A stretch of DNA of 64,000 nt from positions 1,984,001-2,048,000 of the forward strand of contig OZ251224.1 of NCBI GenBank assembly GCA_965240325.2, written 5' to 3'. The DNA comes from Rebecca billardiae RCC1528 (Eukaryota; Protista; Haptophyta). Made by a program: the position numbers and the translations under genes. Positions within the stretch are counted from its first letter, which is position 1. Each line of letters starts with the position of its first letter. Below, in pieces: positions 34,209 through 44,955 of the stretch. The notes under the pieces were generated by a model that was not told the DNA's origin, ran no database searches, and worked only from the letters and a program-made list of their open reading frames with translations.

Positions 34209-34934
34209 ATGGCGGGGCCGTACCAGCAGATGATTGACGACATCGCGTCGTACGAATCGGACCTTGTGGCCGTTGAGCAGGACCTGCGCAAAAGCTTTGA
34301 CGCAGTGCACGCACTGCAGGGCGCGGCGCGCTCGGCCAAGCTGAAGCACATCTCGTCGCGCATGTACCACGCCAAGCAGCTCCTGCAGACCATCAAGCTC
34401 GAGCTGCGCGAGGCCACCAGAGAATCGCGCGCACAGTGGGAAGTGAATGTCTCTCAGCACACGGCGACAATCGAGCGTTACGAGAAGCTGCTGGTGGCTT
34501 TGCAGAACGACGCACAGCGGCAAGACCTGCTCGAGGGCCGTGTCGTGGATGCGGACGCTCTGAACCCGACGCAGATCATACAGCACGCGGCGAAGGTGCA
34601 AGAGTCGTCGGTCGCATCGCTCGCGCGGAGCAAGAACATGGTGCAGAAGTCGCACGAGGTCGGCGTGGAGACGGCGAGCCAGCTGCACGCGCAGACGGAG
34701 AAGCTCAAGGGCGTGGACACCCAGGTGAAGGACATGGACCAGTACTTCGCGGCCGCGAAGGAGCAGATCAGGGTGATCGGCAAGCGCGTGGAGACAGATA
34801 AGTTCATCATGGTCATGCTCTTGCTCTGCATGCTCGGTGTAATCGTCATCATCGCGTACAAATGGTTCCATCCGGACTCGAAGCTCAACGTGAACGTGCC
34901 CAAGGGCTTCACCCCACCCACCAGCTACGAATAA
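34209..34934 (+). CDS. Qb-SNARE, NPSN/VTI1-like, with C-terminal TM anchor
   Basis: Habc-like helices, SNARE helix (EVGVETASQLHAQTEKL), then TDKFIMVMLLLCMLGVIVIIAYK..HP, resembling NPSN C-termini. Confidence 0.82.
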   Translation: MAGPYQQMIDDIASYESDLVAVEQDLRKSFDAVHALQGAARSAKLKHISSRMYHAKQLLQTIKLELREATRESRAQWEVNVSQHTATIERYEKLLVALQNDAQRQDLLEGRVVDADALNPTQIIQHAAKVQESSVASLARSKNMVQKSHEVGVETASQLHAQTEKLKGVDTQVKDMDQYFAAAKEQIRVIGKRVETDKFIMVMLLLCMLGVIVIIAYKWFHPDSKLNVNVPKGFTPPTSYE

Positions 34935-36072
34935 TGGTATTGCGCGCCCGCGAGCCGCGCAGCCGTGCGGGCTCTCATTGGCTCTGGACGACCGGCCGAT
35001 GATGCTGCCGTGACCGCCAGCCTGCGGTGCCTGCGCCTGAACTGATGTACGCGAGTCGTGCCTCCTGACCGCTCACGGGTGAGGCGGGCGGGGTGTCCCC
35101 ACGGCAGTTCCGCGCCGGCTGTTACCCGGTTGGCGGTTCCGGGCCGCCGGGCGGCGCCAGACGGGCCCGGGCGGCAGCCGGCCGCGGCGGCGGCCCGCGC
35201 CGCGCGCGGCCCGCCGCCGCCTGTCACTGCATGGCTGTGGCGCTGCTGCATGGAGCCCTGTGGCCTGTGCCTGTGGCCAGCGTGAGTAGACTTATGTATG
35301 GGCCTGCTGTCAGAATATACATGTAACTACTCTATAACCGCGACGAGCGGCGACGACGTGCTGCGTTTTTCTGCGCTGCTGCTTATCAGAAGCCAGGTCC
35401 CGACTGGCGGCGCCGACGACGGACGAGTGCAGCCTGCCGACGCTATCTATACTACAGGTGGATACGGGTGATCTGGACAGTGACCGACCCAACTCACGCG
35501 GAAGCCTGCCTGGGAGCATTGGGGTCGAAGGGGCGCCAGGGATGGACTTCAGGGGGTCCCTGGAGTTCCGCCGCAGCGCGCTTTCTGCGCTGCGGGCCCG
35601 TCTCCGCGCGTGGCGGCCGCAATGGCACTGTCCAATTAGCCCCTGGCACTGGCTGAGGCATGGGAATCGAGCTCAGAGACGCGCGCGCGGAGGAAAAGCG
35701 TGTGCAGCGGCTCGGACGGTTGCTCTTGGACCTACCCACGCCAGCGCAACCGCGCCTTGCCTCGGAGTCCGCCCTTCCTGAGTCCGCGCACGCGCCTTGC
35801 GGCTTGAAACGCTGGCGTTCGCCCTTGTGCGCGGGACTCACGAAACAAGGCGAAGGCGGCGAGAAGCGCGACCTGGCGCGTGCGCAGACGACGTCTCACG
35901 ACCAGGTGAGTTCAGCGAACATCGTGCGCCGTCGTGGCGACCCGCCAGTGGGCGCTCGTGCTCGTTCGCCCACGAGCCCTCGCCACGAGGCCCGCCGCCC
36001 GCTGAGTGTCCAGATAGCCCCTGTGTCCAGACTCCAGTTAGCCCGTATCCACCTGTAGATAGAGTATAGTCG

Positions 36073-36126
36073 TATTACTGCTCGTCATTCAGCCTGCCGC
36101 TATATAGTTATTACTGCTCGTCATTC
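36073..36126. repeat. 18-bp direct repeat TATTACTGCTCGTCATTC (36073-36090, 36109-36126)
   Basis: Read directly; 18-bp spacer. Confidence 0.85.
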
Positions 36127-36424
36127 CTGGGAGTGATTTAAGTTTGTTCAATAACGACTACTGCTATAGCGCCGTGCAGTTCCGCCTATGATTCTGTAGA
36201 CAGGTCTGCGCAGGGCACCGGACTCCTGATCTCCTGAGAGCTGCGTGGTAGAGCTCGAGCAGCGTTGCCAGCGCGTCAGACTTCCTGGTCGCTCACACCG
36301 CGCGCGGGCCTTCGAGCACCACTGCAACATCCGCGAGTGCAGATGACGACCACTGGCCACAGTCAGCCGGCGTGCGCTGACGATCCACGGCCGCGCCGGC
36401 GCCCACGGGGCCGTCCGCTCCGGC

Positions 36425-37297
36425 TCAGGCTGTGTCCAGGTACGAGATGGGCAGGTAGCACACGATCGAGTTCTGCTTCTCCGGGTCGAAGAGGAAGCAC
36501 TTGATGATCACGGTCTCGTCGGGGATCACACACACGATGACCTGGCTCATCTTGATGTCGGACGAGAGGAGGGCCTGCAGCACGCGCGAGAGCTTCTTGA
36601 TCTCCACCTTCGCCTCGGCGGTGCTGGTCGGGGGTATTCCCTCCTGCGCGACGCGGTCGAGGCCCGAGTAGGTCGTGGAGATGCTCATCAGGTTCTCACG
36701 CTGCATGTGCAACCTGAGCGTGCCGCCCTTCGGGCCGCTCGCGATCGAGAGCACCACGTAGGCAGAGAATGAGCGCATCCGCTCGATGACGTTGCGCAAG
36801 CCCTTGAGCTCCGCGGCGGGCAGGACGACGGATGCCGAGCCGGCGAGGGCGTCCACGGAGATGGCGGGCTCGCGGTACCGCTCCAGCTCCTCGTCGTCGA
36901 GAATCAGCCGGATGGGCACGTCGTGCGTGATCTTCAGCTGCGTCTGCGGCTGCTCGATCTCGAACGAGAAGGACGGGATGCCCGTCTTCTTCGTCAGCTT
37001 GACTACCGTCTGCACGTTCGCCTGGGCGCACGACGACTTGAGCGCGCGGCACAAGTTGGCCACCTTGGCCGTGAACGCGATCTGGTCCTGCGCCTTGCTC
37101 TCGATCCTGTAGTCGAGGAAGAGGGACGAGCGCGCAATGTCTGCGTACACCTGCACGCCGTCGCTCGACTCGCCGACGACGGCGAAGGAGATCGCCTCCG
37201 TCGAGAGCTGGACGACGCACTGGTCGCCCACCTTGTCAAGCGTCTGCGTCAGCTTTGACAGCTGCACGGCCTCGCCGAGCCGCGCGCGGAACTTCAT
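36425..37297 (-). CDS. HUS1: Checkpoint clamp (9-1-1) subunit HUS1
   Basis: MKFRA start, LFLDYRIES..IAF..NLCRALKS, VKLTKK, ITHDVPIR, C-terminal YLP; 290 aa, PCNA-like size. Confidence 0.92.
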   Translation of the reverse strand: MKFRARLGEAVQLSKLTQTLDKVGDQCVVQLSTEAISFAVVGESSDGVQVYADIARSSLFLDYRIESKAQDQIAFTAKVANLCRALKSSCAQANVQTVVKLTKKTGIPSFSFEIEQPQTQLKITHDVPIRLILDDEELERYREPAISVDALAGSASVVLPAAELKGLRNVIERMRSFSAYVVLSIASGPKGGTLRLHMQRENLMSISTTYSGLDRVAQEGIPPTSTAEAKVEIKKLSRVLQALLSSDIKMSQVIVCVIPDETVIIKCFLFDPEKQNSIVCYLPISYLDTA

Positions 37298-37536
37298 GGG
37301 CGTGGGGCGAGGTCACGCTGCGTATGCACGATAGCGCCGCCGTCAGCTTCGCGCGTCAGTCGCCGCCCGCTGGCGTCTGGCGACACCGGGCGCGCGCGCG
37401 CCTGCGCACGACGGGGCTTTGTCTCAATGTCTCTTGACCAACCGTCTGTTGCTTCCAACCGGATCAAATCCGGACAGCACCACGCTTTTGCCTTTTGGCC
37501 TTTACCACGGCTGAGCGCGGCCGCGACGCCGCCATC

Positions 37537-39006
37537 ATGAAGAATGAGCCGCCGCGGGCAAAGTCGTCTGGAGATATCGACGGCGGCGAGGACGGCGTCA
37601 TTGTGCACTCAGTGTCGTCGATGGCGATCGCATCGCACGACGACGCCGCTTCGCACCTGCAGAAGGCGCGCGATCGGCTCAAGCTCGAGCGAGTGCGCGA
37701 CGGCTGGATGCACGAGCCCGCTCACTTTGCCTCGGCCTACGTGATGGAGGCCCTGGGTGGTAGCGACCTGCGGTGCGCCGCTGTCGACACAACACTCTCC
37801 GCACTTCTCGGCCTGAACCGCGCGGCTGAGTTCGCCTCGCACTGCCAGCTGTCCAACGTGACCGATACGCCGATCAAGCTCGCCTGGCTGCTCAACAGCC
37901 GCGAGGCACGGTGTGACGGGCACGAGCTGGCGGCGCTTGTGCAGCGCAAGATGCTAGACAGCCCTGCGCTGTGCGTCTTTGTCCACGGCTATGCCGCGTC
38001 GAAGGAGGTGTGGGCGACGCACATGCCGCTCTTCCTGCAGTCGGCAAGCGAGTCGGGCCGTTCGCACGTGGGCATCGCGCTCAGCCTCTTCGGCTCGGAG
38101 GGCACGTGCCCGAACGCGCGGCCTCGCAAGCTGCACGAGGCGGCGTGCCAGGCATCCGACGTGCTGCTCAAGCTGGGTCTCGAGCAAAAGCGGCTGCTGC
38201 TCATCGGGCACAGCATGGGCGGCAACGTGGTGCTGCGCATGCTGCTTCAGGCGCCCATCATGCTCCACATGCAGTCCAGTGAGCTGTGCGCGCTCAGCCT
38301 CACGCCCGTTGTCTCCTCGGACCCGTCGTTTCTGCTGTCGCTCCATGACTCGGTCGGGCAGCTCCTGCGCAGCCTCCTCCTGAGGCTCGGTCTGCTCGTG
38401 TACGTGAAGGACAACGCGCGCATGATCGACTTCTTCAACCGGATCTACCACGTCCTCTACCTCTCGTACCACGCGCCCTCGGCGTCGCAGCAGCGGCGGC
38501 TGCGGCTCGCGCGCGGCGCGGCTCTTCTGTGCCTCGTGCTCCTGCTGAGCCGTGGCTTCCGCGCGCCCAAGCTACACATGCGCCACCCCACGCTCTCGAC
38601 GGCGCGCTGGCTCGCCATCGTGCTGTGCGCGGCCTTCTCATCGCAGCACTCGCTTGCTCTTGCCACGCTCCCATCGGTCCACAACGTGCCGGCCCAGATT
38701 CTGCGCAACCACGGCGCGCACTTTGGTGCGCACGCGGGGAACTACCTCAGCGCGATCACGGAGGGCATCCTCGGCCAGACGTCCGTGCTCACCGATCGCG
38801 AGATCGCCCAACTTGCCCGGCATGCGAACCGGATCCGCGTGGTCGTCGCGTCAGACGACAAGCTGGTCAACTCGTGGTGTGTTGTCGAGAAGTTGCAGAA
38901 CTCGCTGCCTCTCCTCTTCTGCCGTGGCTCGCACTACGTGCAATGTGGCCCTGATCTTCCACGGATCCTCGAGGCGGTCAAGCAGCTGGCAGCCTCCCTC
39001 AGCTGA
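37537..39006 (+). CDS. Alpha/beta hydrolase with hydrophobic (membrane-associated) insertion
   Basis: VFVHGY..W oxyanion motif, LIGHSMGG nucleophile elbow, DDKLV and GSHY acid/His; hydrophobic segments in the cap region. Confidence 0.78.
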   Translation: MKNEPPRAKSSGDIDGGEDGVIVHSVSSMAIASHDDAASHLQKARDRLKLERVRDGWMHEPAHFASAYVMEALGGSDLRCAAVDTTLSALLGLNRAAEFASHCQLSNVTDTPIKLAWLLNSREARCDGHELAALVQRKMLDSPALCVFVHGYAASKEVWATHMPLFLQSASESGRSHVGIALSLFGSEGTCPNARPRKLHEAACQASDVLLKLGLEQKRLLLIGHSMGGNVVLRMLLQAPIMLHMQSSELCALSLTPVVSSDPSFLLSLHDSVGQLLRSLLLRLGLLVYVKDNARMIDFFNRIYHVLYLSYHAPSASQQRRLRLARGAALLCLVLLLSRGFRAPKLHMRHPTLSTARWLAIVLCAAFSSQHSLALATLPSVHNVPAQILRNHGAHFGAHAGNYLSAITEGILGQTSVLTDREIAQLARHANRIRVVVASDDKLVNSWCVVEKLQNSLPLLFCRGSHYVQCGPDLPRILEAVKQLAASLS

Positions 39007-39162
39007 GTACGCCCGGCCAACAGGAGGGCGTGGAGTTCTGCATCGACTTACGACTAGCTCGAACACGGTCAGGGTGATCCCGATGATTCACGAATCACGA
39101 CTTGGCGTCGTCTATAGCGTAGTGAACGATTAACGACAGACTCATTAACGTCGCGCCAACTT

Positions 39163-39341
<179 letters not shown>

Positions 39342-39868
39342 ACTCAGACTGCGACGAATCGTGCGACTGGCTTCGTCGTCGATAAATGACGTATATCAGA
39401 CGGATATATGTCGATCTATATATTATTGTCGACGACGAATGATGACGATATGATCACATATGATGATGATGCTGATCGTCAGTGATATTGAACAGATTGA
39501 TGGTGCCATGGATGCTGCTGCAGTAAGACAATTGTCCAACTGACGCGGATCGGAGGCCGCGCAGCCTGTTTAGGCGCCAGACACGCCTCCCGGATGGGTC
39601 TCCGGGCGGGACACGTGTACAGGTATGTTGGTACGTCATCCATCGTCCTGTCCCTGGGACGCTGGCTGCCAGCCACGCATGACTCCTCAGCTCGGCGCCG
39701 GTGGCGGCCCGCCTTCAGCAGTACCGTCATCGCCTTCCTCCACCACCTCGCCGCCCCGATTCAGACACGTCCTCCTTTTCTTGCCGCTGACGTGAGCTGT
39801 TAAGGGTTGCCAGCGCGCGGCATCGGACGAGAGCAGACGTGCACGCCCCCGTGAAGCCACTGCGACGC

Positions 39869-40429
39869 CTACTGCTTCTGAATCTCATCCATGATCTTCT
39901 TGACGCCGTGATCCACTGCGTACTTAAGCTCAGCAAACGTGTTTGGGTACCACTGCCATTGGTCACGCATTGGGCGCGGGGATAGGGGGTGGGGGCACAG
40001 ATGGGCGCGGCGCGGGCGTGAGGAGGCGCGCTGCGAAAGAAAGCGTGGCTGCGCGCGTGCGCGCGCACGCGCCAGACGCCGAAGACACGCTATCATCCGA
40101 CGCGCGGGGCGATGCGCCCGTACAGAAAGCGTACTCACCTCCCGAAGAGTTGACGTGTCCGAGTTGCGCAGACTCTCGATGAACTCGGCGAGACCAGTGA
40201 GCCCGATGCTAAGTGATGAGCCCTTAAGCTTATGCAGAAACGCCCAGATTGACGACCACGACTGTGCTTCTGATCCCTCCTCCACAGAGAGATGCCCCTC
40301 GAGCTGCGAGAGGACTCCCTTCGTCTCCTCCTCGTACATCTGCACCAATTCCAGCGCGGCCTCGTTGTCGTCGAGCTCGGCGAGGACGCCAAAGTCCACC
40401 GCGAGGAACTGCTCCGCGGGCTTTGCCAT
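39869..40429 (-). CDS. Stand-alone histidine phosphotransfer (Hpt, YPD1/AHP-like) protein; exons 40429-40139 and 39952-39869
   Basis: FLHKLKGSSLSIGL is the Hpt phospho-His motif. An in-frame GTGAGT..GGCAG intron (40138-39953) removes a low-complexity Arg/Ala stretch, leaving ~124 aa. Confidence 0.88.
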   Translation of the reverse strand: MAKPAEQFLAVDFGVLAELDDNEAALELVQMYEEETKGVLSQLEGHLSVEEGSEAQSWSSIWAFLHKLKGSSLSIGLTGLAEFIESLRNSDTSTLREVSTLSVRAHRPARRMIACLRRLARARARAQPRFLSQRASSRPRRAHLCPHPLSPRPMRDQWQWYPNTFAELKYAVDHGVKKIMDEIQKQ

Positions 40430-40879
40430 CCCTATGTGACGCACGGAGGCTTCTCTGCCCTCCGCCGACGCCGCCGCGGCCCACCCTCTCTAGTGGGGCT
40501 ACTGGAGTCGTTCCACTGCTGCCTCAGAGGCTGCGGGCGATGCACGCGGCCTCGAGACGCGAGGGGGCACTCCCCGCACTTGCCGCCCGGGTCGAGCGCT
40601 CAAGGATAGGCCTCGATCGGGCATGACGAAGTTCGTACATAGGCTTCTATGTCTTAACTTCAAAGAAGCTTCTTTTTGCTTGATGGATACAATCATGTTC
40701 AACTCTCGCGTTCACCGTGCGCGTATATGATTTACAAACCGGTGAGGTTGAGAAGGCCTATCGTCAGTACATGGTTGTCGACAGCGGGTCCGTTGCTCCG
40801 AATCAGACGGGAATCTGACAACCGGACCGCCGGACTGACACCTGTTGAGTGTTTTGATGCGTCCTAATTCAACATCACG

Positions 40880-41905
40880 ATGGCGGCAGTGGCCTTCGCC
40901 TTCGGGTCGTGTTGGTGGGTGGCCGCTTTCCCCGCGTCCCCGCGGCAGCCCGTCGTCGTCGGCCTCGGCGAGGTGCTTTGGGATGTGTTCAGCGATCGGC
41001 GCCTGCTTGGAGGTGCCCCTGCCAACTTCGCCGTCGCCAGTGCGACGTTAGGCGCGCGGGCCATCATCGCATCTCGCGTCGGCGCAGACTCGCTGGGCAT
41101 GGAGGCCGGCGAGATCCTCCAGAGCCGGGGCGTGTCGATCACGCACATGCAGCAGTCTGCGGAGCAGCCGACGGGCCAGGTGCAGGTCGCCGTGGACGCA
41201 AAAGGCGAGCCGCAGTACACAATCGAAGAAGGCGCCGCATGGGATTTCCTTGAGTTCAGCAGCGAGCTCCAGGCACTCGCCTCCGAGGCGGACGCCGTGT
41301 GCTTTGGCAGCCTCGCGCAAAGATCGCCCGCAAGCCGCACTGCCATCAACGCGTTCGTGCGGGCGACGCGCGCGCCCTGCCTGCGCGTCTTTGACGCGAA
41401 CCTCCGGCAGCACTACTACGGCCGGGACGTGCTGGACGCATCGCTCTCGTCGGGGGCGAGCGTGCTCAAGCTGGGCGGCGACGAGGGCGCGCGGGTGCTG
41501 TCGGCCGTTCAGCCTGCGCGCGAGCCGCCCGCATCCGACGCGGATGTGGCGAGCCGGCTGCTCGAGCAGTACCCGGCTTTGCAGCTCGTGTGCATCACGC
41601 AGGGAGAGGATGGCTGCCTGGTGGTTGGTGATGGCATCAGCCTGCGCGTTCAGGCGCCGCAGGTTGAGGTGGTGGACGCGGTGGGTGCGGGCGACACGTT
41701 CACGGCCGCGCTGACGTGCAAGCTGCTCGAGCATCGCACTGAGCGCGAGGACTGGCTGCCCGAACTGATCGCCGCCGAGAAAGCCTCTGCGCCAGGAAGC
41801 GATGGGCCGATCCGAGCGAGTGTGGAATTCGCCGTGCGCTTTGCAGCCCACACGTGCGCGTGCGCGGGCGGGATGCCCCCCCCGCCGGAATGGCTGACGG
41901 TCTGA
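40880..41905 (+). CDS. PfkB-family carbohydrate kinase (bacterial fructokinase-like)
   Basis: VVGLGEVLWD..GGAPANFA..SRVGADSLG, VCFGSLAQR, FDANLRQ, VVDAVGAGDTF. Confidence 0.9.
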   Translation: MAAVAFAFGSCWWVAAFPASPRQPVVVGLGEVLWDVFSDRRLLGGAPANFAVASATLGARAIIASRVGADSLGMEAGEILQSRGVSITHMQQSAEQPTGQVQVAVDAKGEPQYTIEEGAAWDFLEFSSELQALASEADAVCFGSLAQRSPASRTAINAFVRATRAPCLRVFDANLRQHYYGRDVLDASLSSGASVLKLGGDEGARVLSAVQPAREPPASDADVASRLLEQYPALQLVCITQGEDGCLVVGDGISLRVQAPQVEVVDAVGAGDTFTAALTCKLLEHRTEREDWLPELIAAEKASAPGSDGPIRASVEFAVRFAAHTCACAGGMPPPPEWLTV

Positions 41906-42408
41906 CCGTTGAGAGACAAGTTGAGAGGCAGAGTGCGCGGCGCCACGACCTGTCGTGAGGATCTGATGATGCCCGGATGGGAATCACAGTGAACGCATAT
42001 ACTATACGTGTACCGGGTACGGGGTAGTTCGGCGCCGCCCGCCACTACTGGCGATAGTGATTGACATCATTGTGGCCCGCGGTGTAGGGCGGAGCGCGTA
42101 GCGTGGAGCCCCGCCGGGCGGCGCTGTGGCTGCTCTGCGCGCAGCGCGGCTGCGCACACAACGCGCGTGCGAGCTCGCGTGCACCCCCGGCGCCGCCGCC
42201 CGGCTGTCGGATCTTATTGCGCGCCGCTCTGCCTCAGCTGCGTCACCGTTACACTGAGCCGAGCACTTGGCAGTCGGCTGACTCGCCAGTGTGACTCGGC
42301 TGCACGGCGCATGCACCGTCCGACCGTCCGACCGTGTCGTCACAAGCCGGCTGCTAGGGCCGTGCGCCCTCAACTTCGTTGTTCACTACCCGAAGATCGG
42401 CGTAGCCG

Positions 42409-42519
<111 letters not shown>

Positions 42520-42816
42520 GCGGTAGTGACTCCGGCCGGGACGGTGACTACTATGCGCGCCCCTCGTCGATTGGGTGCCATCGGACTCTGGCTCTGCCGC
42601 CGACTGCCGCGCAGTCGCTACTCGCTGGCAGCTAATACGACGGAGCCTGCCTTAGGATAAAGTGATAAGTGACATTAAAATCTGCTTCCGATATAAATTA
42701 GTCGGCTAGTAGACTCTGAATTGACGTACGCGACACGGCTAGAGAGTCGGGCGAAAGACGGAGAGCTAGACGAGAGTGATCGAGACTCGAGTCTGATCGA
42801 GTGAGAATCCGATGTC

Positions 42817-42882
42817 AGAGAGAGAGAGAGAGAGAGAGAGAGTCTGAGAGAGTAGAGAGAGAGAGAGAGCGAGCGAGCGAGC
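42817..42882. repeat. Interrupted (AG)n / (GAGC)n microsatellite
   Basis: Read directly. Confidence 0.92.
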
Positions 42883-42982
42883 TCACTATGAATCCGAAGC
42901 CTGCGGCTGCACTGTACAGTGCAGTACACTGAAGTACAGCAGTAGTTCTGAATGCGTAGTAGTATCATGCATCACGGACGTC

Positions 42983-44821
42983 TCACCGCCGAACGGCCGC
43001 GATGAGGCTCTGCATGCGCAGGTTGGGATCCGCTCGGGGCACATCTGAAGGCCAGGTGGCTGGCTCAGGCACTGCACCATCCGCTGCGGCAGCCGCAAAG
43101 CGCGCGCGCCCAAGGAGCGCATCTGCTTCAGCTTGGCGCGCAAGGTAGGAGGCTTGCGGCTCGACCCACGCCTTCGCGTGCAGCATGCGCGCGAGGATGC
43201 CACGTTGCACATCCGCTGACTGATCTGCCGCTCTCCATGCACACTCGAGGTCCGCGCGGAGGCTGGCAGCACGCTCGCCGCCGCGAGCGTCCACCTCGCG
43301 CGCCGCCTGTCGCGCGCGCCCCGCTGCGGCGAGAGCGGCCGCGAGGGCGCTGCGCGCCGCCTCGAACGTTGCCCCCGTCACCGCGTCCGCGTCGGTGCTG
43401 ACACCTCCCGCGTGCCCGCGCGCGGCCGCAGAGCGCATCCACGCCCACGTGGCCCTGAGCTCCTCTCGCGCGGCGCGGCCGTCCTCTACAAGGTCAACCT
43501 CCCGCCGCTGTGGTGCGCTGCCGCCGCCGGCCGCAGCCCGCGCGCTGCCGGCGGGCACCGAGTGCCTCCGCCGCGGGCGCGTGTGCCCGGCCCCTCCCGC
43601 TGCGCCGCTTGGGTCAGCAAGGCCGATGCATCGCGTGGCAAAGGTGAGGGTGCTCACCGTCTCGGCCGCCAGGCTGGCCTCTGGCGAGGCAGTCGCGATG
43701 ACGCAGACGCGCGCAGCGCCGAGGAGACTTGCCTTGAGGAGCATGGTGAGGACGGAGTCGCGGAAGGGGACGAAGGGCTCGCGCGCGTGGAGCGCGCGGA
43801 TGCAGCGGCCGAGGGCGGAGAGGGAGGTGTTCACGGAGCGCGCCTCCTCCGCGCCCACGCGGCTTTCAAGCCAGGTCGGCCCAACGGCGCCGCCCACGCT
43901 GCCCTCGCCCATGCCCGTCGTACGCGTGCGCTCCGAGCCGGCGAGGTCGACGAAGAGGAAGCGCGAGATCGTGGCGCGCCCGCCGCCCGTGGCGCGACGC
44001 AGCTCCGCCTCCACCACGCAGTGCGATCGCGAGGATCGGTCGTTGAGCTGGTGTGCGCGCGCCGTGCGCGTGGCCTCTACAGCGCGGATGAGGCGCACCA
44101 CGTCGACGGCCGATGCAAGGGGGACCGAGGTGGCGCCCACGGCGGCGAAGGAGGCGGCGGCGTCGGCACGGAGGCTCGCGACGCCCTGGGCCGCTACGGG
44201 GGGGTGGGGGGCGGCTCCCGCTGCCCGGTCCGCGGCATGCGCAGCGCGCGCGGCGCGGTCCTTGAGCTGCTTCTCGTACATGGCGCGCGAGCCGAGCGTG
44301 TTCATGCGCACCTTGGCGCCCCCGCCCGAGACCTGCAACGCAGCGCGCGCGCTGAGGAGGTCGTAGGCACCGTCCATGTAGATCTCGTAGGCGCGCGCAC
44401 GCAGCGCGGCCTCGCCCGGCGGCGCGGCCGCGAGGCAGCGCAGGAGCGCTCGCGGCACAATGCCCCACTCCGCGGGCGCCTCGCCGGAGGGCGCGGTGGC
44501 AAGGGCCTCCTCCGTGGCGCCGCCCGGGGGGCACAGGAGCGTGTAGGTCTTTCCAGAGCCCGTCTGCCCGTAGGCGAAGAGCGTGCAGTCGAACCCGTCG
44601 AGGAAGCTCGCCACAAGGCCAGGCATCACTGCCGTGTAGGCCTCCGCCTGCGTCACGCGTGGAGGCAGGGCCACCTGGAAGCCACCGAAGCGGCGGGGTG
44701 GGCCCGTGGGTTGAGTGAGGAGAACGCCAGGAGGTGATGTCGCCGCGTCCACGAGTACGCCGCCGTCTGCCTCGCCCTCGCGAGGCGGGCGCACTCGCAA
44801 AGCGACCTCGACAGAGACCAT
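42983..44821 (-). CDS. Kinesin motor domain protein (N-terminal motor, short tail)
   Basis: VEVALRVRP, FAYGQTGSGKTYT P-loop, YEIY..YDLL, NDRSSRSH, FVDLAGSE, VNTSLSALGRCI, VPFRDSVLTMLL, ETVSTLTFATR. Confidence 0.93.
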   Translation of the reverse strand: MVSVEVALRVRPPREGEADGGVLVDAATSPPGVLLTQPTGPPRRFGGFQVALPPRVTQAEAYTAVMPGLVASFLDGFDCTLFAYGQTGSGKTYTLLCPPGGATEEALATAPSGEAPAEWGIVPRALLRCLAAAPPGEAALRARAYEIYMDGAYDLLSARAALQVSGGGAKVRMNTLGSRAMYEKQLKDRAARAAHAADRAAGAAPHPPVAAQGVASLRADAAASFAAVGATSVPLASAVDVVRLIRAVEATRTARAHQLNDRSSRSHCVVEAELRRATGGGRATISRFLFVDLAGSERTRTTGMGEGSVGGAVGPTWLESRVGAEEARSVNTSLSALGRCIRALHAREPFVPFRDSVLTMLLKASLLGAARVCVIATASPEASLAAETVSTLTFATRCIGLADPSGAAGGAGHTRPRRRHSVPAGSARAAAGGGSAPQRREVDLVEDGRAAREELRATWAWMRSAAARGHAGGVSTDADAVTGATFEAARSALAAALAAAGRARQAAREVDARGGERAASLRADLECAWRAADQSADVQRGILARMLHAKAWVEPQASYLARQAEADALLGRARFAAAAADGAVPEPATWPSDVPRADPNLRMQSLIAAVRR

Positions 44822-44955
44822 CCTAGCGTAGGTACTACATTTTACATTTTTGTAAGTATCAAACGTACATTTTGTACCAACATGCAAGTGGTTACCGAAT
44901 AAATCGTTTCGTCTTCCCGGCCGGGGAGGAGTGGTGTTCATTATCGAGTTCCACA

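Noticed and set aside
35458-36058. Short + strand ORFs (107 and 132 aa) in the NPSN-HUS1 gap
   Set aside because: No recognisable motif, atypical codon usage, no convincing splice model.
1687-37297. OGG1, HDAC8 and HUS1 as a DNA-repair/chromatin cluster
   Set aside because: Separated by 7-25 kb and many unrelated genes; no evidence beyond chance.
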